Below are positions 1 through 12,896 of a DNA stretch of 64,000 nucleotides, piece by piece; position 1 is the first letter of the stretch, and each line of letters opens with the position of its first letter. Made by a program: the position numbers and the translations under genes. The notes beneath the pieces were generated by a model. It was not told the DNA's origin. It made no database searches and saw only the letters and a list, made by a program, of their open reading frames with translations. Origin of the DNA: Felis catus (lineage: Eukaryota); the NCBI RefSeq assembly GCF_018350175.1, contig NC_058368.1:210058001-210122000 (forward strand). Reading direction: 5' to 3'.

Positions 1-319
1 TTAACACAGGTATATATCTTGTAACTCCTGCTATATTACACTACATCTTTGACATGGAACACTTTATCTTTTGTATTCCTTTCAGTAGTGCCTTGGCCAT
101 AACAATTAGGTATTTCTTGGCTTGGGTGAAACAGAGAGCTCCTGCTCAAATCATGGTACATAAACTACCCAAAAGAGGGTTTTCAAATATTGGGAACCCT
201 TGTAGGTTTTTGACCGGGAAATCATATCACAAAAGAAAGTTGTGGGAAAGCGTGATACCCAGTGTAACAGAACTGCTTGGAAGCAGGGAGGCTAGTGGTC
301 GGAACATTTGACAGATATG

Positions 320-510
320 AGACTCTATGTCCTGTTGTCTGTGAGGTGTTGAACAAATTGGCTAGCTTTGAAGCTTTAGTTTCCTTGTAAGCACACTAAG
401 GATAATGATAATATTTTCCCCACAGCATTGATAGGAGAATGTATTCGAGAATCCATGACACTGGATTATCACATGTCTGACATGTAGGACCTACTCAGCA
501 CACATTAACT
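320..510 (+). mobile_element. MIR relic (degenerate)
   Basis: Resembles MIR core: ctttagtttccttgtaagc..taaggataatgataata..cacagcattgataggagaatg; boundaries approximate. Confidence 0.45.
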
Positions 511-529
511 ATGATGATTTTGATGTTTC

Positions 530-885
530 CTTTAAACATCTTCCAAAGCCATTCTCAACCAGAGTGATCCTATTTAAAATGCTGATCAGGTCATGTCATT
601 CTGCTGCTCAGAGCCCTCCAATAGCCCCTTCCGTTCAGTGTGAAAGTCATGATCCTTGCAGAGACCTACCCAAATGCACTATTTCCTTTCTCAGCTCTAT
701 TTCCCAACCCCCACCCCTGAGCATGTAAAGCCTCTTTCAAAACATTTAATTTACTTATTTGGTATGTTTATTGTCTATCATTTGTCTCTCCTTACTAGAC
801 TGTAAGCTCCATGAGACAGGTCTATTCTGTTCACTGCTATGCCGATGCTCTAGAACAGTGCCTGGCCAGTGGAGGTGCCATTTGT
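530..885 (+). mobile_element. L2 LINE 3' fragment
   Basis: ctagactgtaagctccatgagacagg..tgttcactgctatg..ctagaacagtgcctggc matches the L2 3' end as recalled. Confidence 0.7.
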
Positions 886-888
886 TAA

Positions 889-1022
889 AGCAAGCAAGCA
901 GGAAGGAAAGGAAAGGAAAGGAAAGGAAAGGAAAGGAAAGGAAAGGAAAGGAGGACAGAAAGAAGAAAAGAAAAGAAAAGAGAAAAGAAAAGAAAAGAGA
1001 AAAGAAAAGAAAAAAGAAAAGA
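889..1022. repeat. (GGAAA)n/(GAAAA)n polypurine microsatellite
   Basis: Directly visible; explains the K/R/E-rich and F/L-rich ORFs 759..1094 and 755..1045. Confidence 0.95.
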
Positions 1023-2816
1023 GGGAATGAATTTCCCACAGTCAAGTCTCTTCTAAGTTCCTATATTACTTTGATGGCTATTCTCTTATACTAGTTCTTA
1101 CAGTCTAAATTATGCTCTATACTATTTTGGGATTTGCCTTGGTTCCTTAACCAGAGTATAAGCTTCCTGATTGGGAATGGGGTCTTTTCATTTTGCATTA
1201 CCCCCAAAGCCTGGCACACAGTCATTAGTGCTCTTACCTAGGGAGAATACCTCTGAAATTCTGGACAATGTTCTCTGTCTTTCCCCCACTCCTGTCTCCC
1301 TTTTCTTTACTAATATCAAACTTTACTGCTAAAAATTAATTTGTTAAGATTTAGCCTTTAAATTTCAAAAGCAAAATGAATCTAATAAACACCACTTAGT
1401 AAAATCCCTTAATAAGGGTCAGCTTTACTTTCTGAACATAATCCTCACAGTTTCTTCTCAGGAGAAACAAAGCCCATGTTCCCACCCCCTCTGTAATGGC
1501 GTGGTCAATATCAGCGTGACGTGGATGTGGTGGCAGAAGGCGCAGTGGACTCTGTCTCCACCTGCTTTTGCTTCCCTCGTGTGACCACATCATACAGTAA
1601 TGACAATCTGCTGCTTCACCTTCTCCTTCCTCTGGGCCTCCTTGATGCCACCTCCCATCATAAAACACTGTGGCTTGAGGGCAAAATCAAAGGAAGTAGA
1701 AAAGAGCCATTTAGGAAAAGAAGCAGACAAAAATACAATCCTCCCGCTCTCTCTTTTATTACACGGGGAATTACAAAAATGTGCTTCACTGGCCATTTCT
1801 CGTTTTTGAGTGCTAAACTTCATCAGCTTTTAGCCCAACTCGTGATCCCAGTAACTGATGTCTATTAAAATTCGGGCTTGTGTAAATCTAAGGAAGAAAT
1901 TCCTGAGCTTGAGATCCCCACACAGATAGCATGAATAAGCCCTCAGTCAGCGCCTGGGGCCTTGAATAAAGGAGAGAAGCCCCGCCCCCAGACTCTGACT
2001 TAGGCACAACGGGAAGCCCTGGGGGCCTCCGGGAAGGCGCCTGAGCCCATGACAGTTGTTCAGCTGCTGCACGTCTTTATTTCTCCACCTGAAGCCCTGT
2101 GACTTTTACTTGATGTTTCTTTTTGAAACTCTTGGGTTCCCTCAGGACCCCAAATGGCACAGGGAGGTCTGCGTGTTTCTCATGGCCCCTCAAGGGTATG
2201 CTGCCCTCTGTGACAGGCTCAGGGACCCACATTTGGAGCAACATCTATTTCCCAGGCTGCTGGGCAGACAGACTGGCCAGAGGACTGCAGGCTTCAAAGG
2301 CCCGGATGAGCCCCTGTGGCAGGTCAGCCCCTGGAAATGCCTCTGATGTGCACAGACACCTGGACAAACACAAAGGATGCAGGGGGGCTCTTTAGCGCTG
2401 CTACACATTTCCCGCAGCAAAACTTGTTAGAACTACCTTCTCATGGCTCACAACATAGAGAGGCTTTTGTGTTGCTGGGGGCTGGGGAAGACGGTGCGTG
2501 TTGGATTAGAAGCTTCTTGGAGTGAGGTCTTTCATCTTTCGCCATTGAGCCAGCCAGTGCATCTGGCCCTTGCTGTGTCCAGTGGGGGTTGGCACCTCAG
2601 TGGTCCGGTGCCCAGTCACCGCTAAGTCTGCCTGTGGTGGGAGATTCTCAGCCAAATAGTCATTGACTGATCTTCCACAGAGTGTGTATGTATAGCTTTT
2701 CAGGACTGGGCTCAGCGCCTGATCCCGTAGGGACACAACAAATATTTGTTGAACGAACAAATGAGATACTGAATGAAACCCTGGAACAAAGCTATATTTT
2801 TAGGAGCTGAACCATT

Positions 2817-3285
2817 TGTCTTAGTTTGGATTACTAACCCCTGCCCCCTGACCTCCCAAGAAGCAGACTCTGAAACATGGGTGTAAGTGGGAATAGTTCA
2901 TCTGGGAAGTGATTCCGGAAACACCAATAAGAAAATAAGGAAGTGGGGCAGGTGAAGGAAAGCAGCCGACAGGGGGTGTCTCGTTTAGCAAATTACCTCT
3001 GTGGGCAACGGGGTATAATCCTGCTGGGGAGTGCAGGGAGCCAGGGAGGGACACCTGCCTCCGAGGGACCTCACCCAGAGAGTGAAGGAGCCCAGGTGCG
3101 TAGGTATTATCCATCAGCTTTATCAGGTATTGACAAAGCACGGCTCTCAGGAGCATCGTTAATTCCAGCCTGCAATGTGCCCGGGGCCACAGAAAACCTT
3201 CTAGTGAAGGTGTGCACTACACTTGTAAGTCAGATTGGCCAGTGCACAGATGGTAGGGGGCATTTGCGGTGTCTACGATACCCTT
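2817..3285. mobile_element. ERVL-class solo LTR, LTR16-like
   Basis: tgtcttagtttgg..cccaagaagcagactctgaaacatgg..tctgggaagtgattccggaaacacc resembles LTR16-family termini. Confidence 0.55.
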
Positions 3286-6200
3286 CCACCCTACTCCAGT
3301 TTCCTTTCCCTTTATTTCCTCTGTACAAGTAGCTGTCAGGGGACCCTGAGGGTCACTGGCTCCTGCAGCCCTAAAGACAATAGTAAGTTCCAGAGACTAC
3401 AGCTACCAGGACAAGTCACCTCCACGGTCTCGTTACCATCAGTGGGGTGGCTAATATGCATGTGCGTTTCAGCAAAGCACAGGCTAATCTTCCTGCAGTG
3501 CGTTTGGTTTGTGATGCTCTTGTGCTCATTTCCAAATCTCAATATCTGTGTCTTAGTTCTCATAGGATTGAAGAAACAATGCTTGTGCTTAAAATTTAAG
3601 GGGTTGGGGAGTTCAAAAAACAGCAGTGTTATAATCCAGAGGGATTAAACATATTTAATAGCATTACATCATTTCTCCCCAAACCTGACATTTTGGACCC
3701 ATGGGAAACCTTAAATATTACTTAAATGAGCTTATTTTATTGACAATGAGACCAATGAGCAGAGAGGTGAAATGATATGTCCAAGGTCACATGGCTGATT
3801 ATAGGCAGGACAAGGTGACGGCCTCCTAGCCCCTGTCCCTATCCCCTTGCCACACTCCTGTTCACACTAACCATCCCCAGGGTGTTACTCTTCACAAAAT
3901 CTCTGAAAAGTAGTTGTCATAGTGTAGTCAAATTCTATACACTACAAACTTTACTCCCCAAAAGTAATTTCTTTGATTTTTAAAAAAAATAACTGATCTC
4001 ATCTTGGTCCTGGGACGTCATTCCCACTCAGTAGCAGGAAATTAAACACACATGCACAGACACGAACTAAAGTTTCAATGTAGAATAACTGAGCTGCCTA
4101 GGGATTGACTCACGAGGCCAATAGTTTTACTTTGTCAACAGCACAAGATGAATTACAATTCTCATGTTCATGAGGAGACTCCTTCACTGGCCTCTGGTAC
4201 AGCAGGGCAGCCCTGGGCATCTAAATGCTGGCAGCATTTAATCGGAGTGTCTTCCATCCCCATGGATGTTCCAGGTATCTCTTCTGGTTATAACATTGGA
4301 GATCTCTTTAGGAGACAATTATAGCTTTTGAGACAGTATCATGCTAAATGATCATCACCCTGTGACACATCTAAAAAAATAAGTCGATCAGTTTGGGCCA
4401 AGTAGAGAGCTGGCTGTGCAAGAAATAGGAGCCAGGGGAAGAGCCAAGGTGTTGGGGGAGGCGGGGAAGAGAGAGCAAAAGGAGGTGTGGAGAGGATGCT
4501 CAAAGCATGAGAGACTTCCAAGAAGGGCAGGCATGGCCAGGGCTGAGCAGCAACCCAGTGTGAGGGCCCTGGGAGCTTGGGGAGAGGAGTTTCAAGTAGG
4601 ATGGTGTCTAAAGGCACGTAGCAGAACCACCTGCTATGCTGTGATAACTGTTGTGTGTGTGGGGTGATGCTTGGACGGGCAAAGTGAATATTGAGGCTGG
4701 TGCTGACCATCTTCAGAGCCAAGGGATGGCCTTCTAATCCTGTCTGCACTCGCATGGGAGCCAGAACCCCATCTCCTGACCCCTGTCCAAAGCTCATAGT
4801 GCCAGGCACAGACGGCATTGCCCATCAGTGCCCAAGGGCCAAGGGGTAAGTTTCAGGGCCTGTGCAATCCTCTCTGAGCTGTGATTTCCTTTGATTCTGT
4901 TGTTCTTGTTCTATCCGAGTGGGACTTCTGTTCCCATTCTGAAGGCCACTGTTAAGTCCTATTCACGCTCAATGGCTCATTTAGTTCAGTGGGGGTTTGG
5001 GTTTTTAGAAGGTTTCCTCTTTTAAATTCTCTTTTTTTCTTTTCCCCTTTTTTTAAAAGGGGTCATAAAGAGCTTTAAGATGCCATGCATGAAAAGCTCT
5101 GGATAAATGCAGCTTGTACTGGATTGTAAAATACTGTATTGTTCCAAGCTTAATTCCTTGTGTGAGACTGGAATCGGTAATTTCCTCGTCCTAAGAGCAG
5201 CAGGCTGCAGACTGTGGGGATGGGCGCCCCTGGGGGCCGCGAGGGAGAACCACAAATCTCCCGGAGAAATTCTCCTTTTGGTCCAGACTTGCTTTTCCTG
5301 ACTTTTGCATTAAGGTAATTGAACATTTTTATGAAAAAAACAAAAACAAAAACAAAAACAAAACACAGCTCTGCTCTCTGAAGTGGCAGTTTAGGGGCTG
5401 GATCGGCTGCTATCTAGGGTCACACCAAGTTCTAAACCACAGAAACAACCTCCTCCCAACCTTCCTCCTCTGCAAACTCTCCCTGTCTGGTTTATGATCA
5501 TGTTTGCACGTGTGGGGAGTCCCGCATCTCTGAGTTATGAAGACTGTTGGCCCTGGCCTTGATGTCCAGGTTAAGAGGCTGCCCAGTTGCAGATGAGCAG
5601 GGCTAACTTCCCCCACATCTGCCATGCTTACCCCTGCCTCCTTGTCACCGCCTCACTTGGTCCTTGCCTGGAGTCCTCTTCCCAGCTTCCTCTCTGCCTA
5701 GATTGTGCCTCTGTGCTTTCAAGCTACCCTCCTCCATAAAACTCTTCTTCCGACTCTACTGGGCTCCCTCTTCTCTGATCTCTGTTGTAATCATAATGAT
5801 TGCACATTTTAATCCCTTTTGGGCTTCCATTTGGTGCCAAGGTTAGATGGTCAGCTGCTTGAAGGTCATGCCTTTCCCACAGTTTGTATCTGTCATATGT
5901 GCTATGGTATGTGTCCAGTGTGAAGCAAGAACTTATTGAATTCCCACTGTTTTTTTCTTTTTTATTAATTGGTTTGTTGTTTGATTGATTGATTGATTGT
6001 GGCTCAGACACCTCCTAATCAGATGTTAAGTGTTTTGCTCAGTTGACCCCAGATGTCAGCAAAGGTCTCTGTCGGGCTTTCGTATCCACACAGGCTGACT
6101 CACCCCCACTTCTCAGGAGCAAGACTCAGCCTCTGCTCCAGTTTCCAGGAAAAAAAAAAATCCACTCATGCCAAATGTCCTGTGAGTCTTGGTAGACTTT

Positions 6201-6434
6201 CACTAAGCATTTGGGGATGGTAGGAGGGCTATTTTGGCAGACTTCTGCATTTCACCATCTCCTTGTGTCCATGATACAGAATGACCAGAGAGTCCCTGTG
6301 CATGAGTGTGTGCACCAACAGCTGCTATAGAGCTAAAATGTCTACTGGTGACTCCACTATGGAAGATGTCTAGAAGGACAAGAAAAAACTAAAATTTACT
6401 GGGAAGATGAAAAGAGACATCATGGATAACGTCT

Positions 6435-6646
6435 AAGTTTATTGATTCATTTTTTGAGGGAGAGAAAGAGACAGAGTAAGAAGGGGAGGGGCAGAGAGAG
6501 AGGGAGACAGAGAATGCCAAGCAGGCTCCACACTGTCAGCACGGAGCCCAATGCAGGGTTTGAACTCATGAACCGTGGGATCATGACCTAAGCCGAAACT
6601 AAGAGTCGAGTTGGACACTTAAGCAACTGAGCCACCCAGGTGCTCT
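6435..6646 (-). mobile_element. CanSINE (SINEC_Fc, older subtype)
   Basis: Reverse complement of SINE; flanked by gagacatcatggataacgtct (6414-6434) and gagacagcatggataacttct (6647-6667). Confidence 0.93.
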
Positions 6647-6667
6647 GAGACAGCATGGATAACTTCT

Positions 6668-6884
6668 TTTTTTTTTTTTTAATTTTTATTTATTTTTGAG
6701 AGAGAGAGACAGAACGAGAGCAAGGGAGGGGCAGAGAGAGAGAGGGAGACACAGAATCTGAAGCAGGCTCCAGGCCCTGAGCCGTCAGCACAGACCCCGA
6801 TGTGGGGCTTGAACTCACAAGCAGTGAGATCATGACCTGAGCAGAATTTGGATGCTCAGCTGACTGAGCCACCCAGGTGTCCCT
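6668..6884 (-). mobile_element. CanSINE (SINEC_Fc)
   Basis: Poly-T tail, SINE body, exact 15-bp TSD gcatggataacttct (6653-6667 / 6885-6899). Confidence 0.95.
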
Positions 6885-7873
6885 GCATGGATAACTTCTA
6901 ATCAGCATACAGGGGATTTTAGCATCTCGACCTCCCATTAGAAGCAGCAAGAATTTCTTCCCCTGGCCCTTGCGTAGCTGCTTATAGAACATCACTTGCG
7001 ACTTGAGGGTGTCTCGTTTAGGGTCACGCTTTCCACCTCAAGTGATATATTAACGTGTTTCTTCAAAACAAATCCCATGCTTTCTCCAAGAATAATCCCA
7101 GGAATTCTCTTTACCCTCCTTATTCTCACAGTATCCATACTCAGAACGGTTGAGTTTGTCATCTCTGGATCCGATTATTAAAAGCGTCCATTGGAGAAAG
7201 CAGCCACTAGCTCAGGGTCAAAGAGGGTTCAGATCTCTCCTGCCCCCAGCTTTAGCACCATGGGATACCAAGAGTGAGGTCTGGGCCCTCTGGAGGTCTG
7301 GGCATGAAAAAGTAAACAGACACAGAGCTCCCGCCGGCCTCCCCATCAGGAGCTGTTCACGCGGGGTGTCGCTGGCCAGGGGCTGCTGCTCTGTCCCAGC
7401 TTCCGGCAGCTTGATTCAACTCCTTTCCAGGCCTTCTTCCTGCCTCATGGAAATAGCAGCTTTATAGTCATGTAATTTTGGCACCGCAGAGATTTCATGT
7501 TAAGAAAAAATAGAATTGGTGCTGGGTCATTGCTATTGAAACTACCACACCGGTTTACACTTGCTCTGAAAAAGCCCTCCTCTCAACTCCCGCTCCCAGG
7601 CTCCCCTCTCTTGTGTAGCCTTTTGTGCGGCTCCTTTGGTTTTTCTGCTCTTCAGATGTGCACACAGTTTAAATAACATTCCTTCCTGAATTTGTCCCTT
7701 CATTTCCCCAGCTTCTGTGCTTGGGGGCTCTCCAGCTCCCATCCTTTTTCTTTCTTGCTAATGTTCCCTTCTCCATCCTTTGTTGACAGGCCAATTTATT
7801 CAGCACTAGCCTCCCCCTTCCTCTCCTCACTGTTTTCCATTCCTCGCACTTCTCTTGACAAACACTCCCCAAA

Positions 7874-7875
<2 letters not shown>

Positions 7876-7906
<31 letters not shown>
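7876..7906. repeat. (GT)n microsatellite
   Basis: Directly visible. Confidence 0.95.
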
Positions 7907-7907
<1 letters not shown>

Positions 7908-8179
7908 CTGGGATCTAGGAAAATAAAATCTATTCTGTCCCCATATCCCTGAAGAGGTGGGGGGAAGTATCTCTTCCTCCCCTACAAATTCTACTAAATC
8001 TCCAATGTGGCCAGCCAGGAGACAGGCTCAATCCTACGCATAGGTTAAGGGCCGTGTGACTTGCACGGTGCCAGGAAGGCCACTGCAGCAGCCACTTCCG
8101 GTTGCCTGCCCACCGGCCATTTCTCCCTTTCTCCTTAATAACAGTACCTGGACTTTGTTTGGCATGTGCCTCCTGCTCA

Positions 8180-8650
8180 GCCATGTGCTCCAGTGGAGGT
8201 TGGGCTCTAGTCTCATTTCCCACCTGCGAATCACGATTGGTCTAACGGATCTTGAGAGTTCCGCTTGTCTGTGATTGGTGTAGGCATGGGCATGTGAAAC
8301 AAATCTATCCAATGAGAATGAAGAAGCAAGCTGGGGCGGGGGCTTCTGGGAAAGATCATCCTCTATCTTTAAAAGATAACACGGAGAAATGAGAGTCCTG
8401 AATGCCGTAAGTTGTCTGGAAGATGTGATGTTGAGGGCTGCTGCAGCAATCTTGAAAACATGAGCGGACAAGCCCCAGGGAGAAGCCATTCTGCTGAGAA
8501 TAGCAGAAAAGAAATATGAAAAACAGTTGAGTCCTTGACACTCTTGTGCTGCTGAAGCTGTCTTCACTATGGACTTCTTGTTTCTGAGATAATAAACCCC
8601 CTCCCTTTTAAGCCATTTGTTTTTAGTATTTGCTGTTCCTGGCAACTTAA
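8180..8650. mobile_element. MaLR LTR relic, MLT1-like
   Basis: gctgctgcagcaatcttg..gagataataaaccc..tttaagccatttg..tttgctgttcctggcaac pattern of old MLT1 LTRs. Confidence 0.6.
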
Positions 8651-8769
8651 AGTATTTTTAAAAACCTAGCTTTTCTGACCCCAAATGGTTCCTGTCTATG
8701 TATACCATCTCTTCCCTGCTTTGTTTGTGTGTGATACACAGATCATCATAATAACAATGGCAAGTAATT

Positions 8770-8975
8770 TCATATGCTTTGTTCATGTGCCAGGCACTGT
8801 TCTGAATGTTTGAAATAAAGTAATTCGTTAAACCCTTACAAGAGCCTATAAGATAAGCACTCTTATTATTCTCATTATACAGGTAAAGAAACTGAAGCAT
8901 AGAAAGACTGAGAAAATTGCCAAAGATCCCACAGCTAGTAAGAGGCAGTGGTGGGGTTGAATCTGGACTAGAGGC
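8770..8975 (-). mobile_element. MIR SINE
   Basis: gtgccaggcactgttct..cattatacaggtaaagaaactgaagcatagaaag..ttgccaaagatcccacagctagtaag = MIR core, minus strand. Confidence 0.8.
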
Positions 8976-9454
8976 TGGTACCAATAACTCCATCGGCTTC
9001 CAGGAGTTGAATGGACTGGCAGTTCTGGCCCCGGTTCTCCTGGGAGGGGGCACATCTAAGTGTCTCTTCTCCAAGGTGAGGAAGCCCATGATAGTTTGGT
9101 TAGAGTCAAGATTGGAGGCTGCCTCATCGCTCTACCCTTGAAGGTGGTGACGCCAGTGCCGATAAGGTGTCTGGGAAATGTGATCCAGAGGCCACCATTA
9201 TTATGCATACTTCAGTGCTGTCACCAGGATGAGCTGAACTGGACATTGGACAGCCTAAAGGCTAGCCCAGAGCCAGAGCTGGGCAGCCTTCTCACTTTCC
9301 CCTGGGCCTCAAGCTCAGATTCTTTCAAGTCCCCTCTGTAACTTGGGGACCCCCAGCTCTTTACCCCACTCAGTGGCCCCACTCTATAGGACATGGAGAT
9401 TTGTTATTGAAGGGCTTGTAAAACCCTCCTGGTCCCATCTCCTCCCACCTTCTC

Positions 9455-10135
9455 TTTATCACTCAGGATCCAGTTAGGAGGCAGGAGTTACACCAACTAT
9501 TTTAGAAGAGATAATTTAATATAAATAATTGTTATCTAGGCTTGAAGAATTGAAAAGGCAAAAAGAGAACATGAAGATATCACAGAGCAGCAACTGCAGG
9601 AGGCAGCTACTGTCCTTCTGACTGTGGATCAAAGGAAGAGGTTGGAATTACTAAAACTTAGAAACTTAGAGGAGGGAAGGGGCGCCTGGGTGGCTGAATC
9701 AGATGAGCTTCCAACTCTTGATTTTGGCTTAGATCATGATCTCAGGGTCGCGGGTTTGAGCCCTATGTTGGATCAAGCCCTATGTTGGGCTCTGTGCTGA
9801 GTGCAGAGCCTGCTTAAGATGCTCTCTCTCTGCTCCCTGCCCCCCACCCACAGCTCACTTGCTCTCTCTCTCTCTTAAAAAAAAAAAAGAAAGAAACCTA
9901 GAGGAGGGGGCGTTGCTCTGCAGCAAATGATGAAGCAGGGAAGTATCTCTAGGGTGCTGAGACAGGACCTTGAGGCCCATTGAAACCAAAAAGCAAATAG
10001 GAATGAGTGAATCTGAATCCGTTCTGCCTCCTCCAGCATTGCAGTTGGCCTCCAGTGCTCTCTGTGGTGGAATCCAGCCCTGAGCCAGATGACAAAGCAG
10101 CACACAGAGTGTAGAAGGGAAGTTTGAGCCCGAAA
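9455..10135. mobile_element. Old ERVL-class LTR relic interrupted by a SINE
   Basis: tcaggatccagttaggaggcagg..tttaatataaataattgtt resembles old ERVL LTRs; family not resolved. Confidence 0.4.
9679..9891 (+). mobile_element. CanSINE (older subtype)
   Basis: ggggcgcctgggtggctg..; TSD agaaac(t/c)tagaggaggg (9660-9676 / 9892-9908). Confidence 0.92.
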
Positions 10136-10814
10136 GACAATAGCTAATTCTCTTTCTCTCTCTCTGTCCATAAGTGTGGTGAACAGCTCAAGGGAGTGCA
10201 AGGCAGACATTCATCAATGGGAATTCAGTACAGTAAGGAATCTTTAATTTCACCTGCATCCCATTTGCATTGGATGTACAAGATATAAGTGAGGGGGCAG
10301 CCACATGAAAAAGATAACACTCGAGAAAAGTCAGTGCAAGAGGCTTAAAAGCCACATAGTAGAAGACGCTGGTAGATGGTTTGGTGTAGGAAAATTTACT
10401 GTGTACTGATGAGGAGACATTTTCAAATTTTAGGTAAAACAAAGGAAAGAATTAGATAATTAAGAGTTTTGATACCTTATTAATGTCACAGTGTTAATAG
10501 TGTCCTAAAGATCTCTTCTCTCTGAAAAAAAAAAAAAAAGTTGTCCTCACCTCTTGGATCTCTGAGGAGCCCCCAGCTCTGCTTATGGGGGAGGAGTGAT
10601 GTGTTCCTGGCTTAATGAACACTTATTAAGGACTTCCTATATGCCAGACTCTTTTGAGTACTTTTGCCACTTACCATCTGTGTAACTCTGGTCCAATTAT
10701 GTTACTTCTTGTAAGCCCCAGGACCTAGATCTATGAAATGAAAGTAATGCTATTTCATAGAGCTAGGAGGATTAGGAAAATACTGGAAAGCTCTTAGCCT
10801 GGTGTTTTTCATAC

Positions 10815-10920
10815 ATCGTTTCTCATTGTTTGTTTATGTACTTTACCCTTATATATACACTTTAGAATCAGCTTGTCCATATTTATAAAATATTCTGGTG
10901 GTTTAATCTTAAAAAATTGA
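10815..10920 (-). mobile_element. Short antisense L1 ORF2 fragment
   Basis: Minus-strand translation PPEYFINMDKLILKCIYKGK resembles the L1 ORF2 motif FFxEIDKLILKFIWK. Confidence 0.6.
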
Positions 10921-11571
10921 TTAATATGACAGCATTCTTTCTGATTAAAAAACAAACAAACAAACCTCAACAAAATAGGAACAGAAAAGAACTTCTTCAA
11001 CCTGATAAAGGGCATCTGTGAAAAACCCTCAGCTAGTATCAGACTTAATGGTGAAAGATTGAAGGCTTTTTCCCTTAGATCAGGAACAAGACAAGGATAT
11101 TTGCTCTTGCTACTTCTATTCAACGTTGTACTGGGCAATTAGGCAAGAAAATGAAATAAAAAGCATTTAGATAAGAAAAAAAAGAAGAAAATAATCTTTA
11201 TTTCCAGTTGGCATGATCTTACATGTAGAAAATCCTAAGGAACTTATTTAAAAATTTATTAGAACTAATAAACAATTTCAGTGAGATTATAGGATATAAG
11301 ATTAATAAGCAAAATCAATTGTATTTGTATATACTTTCTGATACAATAGCATCAAAAAGAATAAAATATTTAGGACTAAATTTAACAATAGAAATGCAAG
11401 ATTTGTATACTAAAAATTACAAGATGTTTTGGAAACAAAATTTTAAAAATCTGAATAAAGTATATCTCATGTTCATGGACTGAGAGACTTAATGTTGTCA
11501 AAAATGACAACACTCTCCAAACTCATCTACAGATTTAACACAATGTCTATCAAACTCCCAGCTGATTTCTT

Positions 11572-11796
11572 TTTTTTTTTTAATTTTTTTTTTCAACGTT
11601 TATTTATTTTTGGGACAGAGAGAGACAGAGCATGAACGGGGGAGGGGCAGAGAGAGAGGGAGACACAGAATCGGAAACAGGCTCCAGGCTCTGAGCCATC
11701 AGCCCAGAGCCTGACGCGGGGCTCGAACTCACGGACCGTCAGATTGTGACCTGGCTGAAGTCGGACGCTTAACCGACTGCGCCACCCAGGCGCCCC
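11572..11796 (-). mobile_element. Young CanSINE (SINEC_Fc1-like) inside L1
   Basis: CpG-rich body; TSD ccagctgatttctt starting at 11558 and 11797. Confidence 0.96.
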
Positions 11797-12896
11797 CCAG
11801 CTGATTTCTTTATAGGAATTGACAAAAGGATCCTAAAATTCATATGGAAATGCAAGAAACTCAGAACAGCCAAAACAACTTTGAGAAAGAATAAATGTGG
11901 AGAACCATCACTACCTGATATCAAGACTTATTATGTAGTTACAGTTACCAAGACAAGGAGATAAAGATAGATACATAGTTTGATGGAATAAACTAGAGAA
12001 ATCACCATATATAGTTCTACATATAGAGAGAGAACTGATTTTTAATGAAGGGCAAAGGCAATCTAGGAGCAAAAGGAAAGCCTTGTCAACAAATGGTGCT
12101 GAAACACATAGATCCCCTTAAGCAAAACAAAAACAAAACACAAAGTAAAAACTTAGATAGATAAATAATTAACAAAAATTAACTCAACATGGATCATGTA
12201 CCTACATGTAAAATGAAAACTAGAACATGTCTAAAGGAAAGCATAGGAGAAAAATCTTTGTGACTTTGGATTTCATAGATATAGATTGCATAATTGATAT
12301 TAATAAATGAAACTTTATCAAATTAAGAGTTTCTGCTCTTTGACATAAGAGGACAGAAAGACAAGTCCCAGCCTTGTGAGAAAAATATTTACAAATCACA
12401 TATCTGATATTGGATTTGCATCCAGAATATATAAAAAAACCTCAGAACTCAAATATAAGAAAACAAACAACCCAATTTAAAAATGGGCAAAAGCTTTCAA
12501 TAGACATTTCACCAGAGAAGATGTACAAATGCCGAATAAGCACATGAGTAGATGCTCTTTATCATTAATCATTAGAGAGGTGCAAATTAAAACCACACAG
12601 AGGTAGCACTAGGTATGTATTAGAACATCCAAATTTAAAACACTGACCATAGCAGGATTTGGTGAGGATTTAGAGCAGCTGGAGCCCTCATACACTGCTA
12701 GTGGGAATATAAAGGGGTCCAACCGCTCTGAAAAACAAATCTGGCAATTTCTTACCTTAAGCATACAGTTACCATGTGATGCAGCTATTTCGCTCCTAGG
12801 TATTTACCCAAGAGAAGTTAAGGCATACGTTTCTACAAAAATTTGTAATGAATATTCAAAATTTTATTTATAACAGCCCCAAACAGAAAACAACCT

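Noticed and set aside
755..1094. K/R/E-rich and F/L-rich ORFs
   Set aside because: Translations of the GGAAA/GAAAA microsatellite.
4339..4818. 159-aa minus-strand ORF
   Set aside because: No recognisable homology; composition fits a chance ORF in moderately GC-rich sequence.
5222..5241. CTCF-like gcgcccctgggggccgc
   Set aside because: Spacing is one base off the CCACCAGGGGGCGC core, so it cannot be supported.
6690..6995. Recurrent WVAQS..QVMIS..LEPASDS peptides in many ORFs, resembling a gene family
   Set aside because: They are translations of CanSINE bodies.
8034..8645. Longest ORF (203 aa, minus strand)
   Set aside because: Overlaps an MLT1-like LTR, has a non-ATG start and no recognisable domain.
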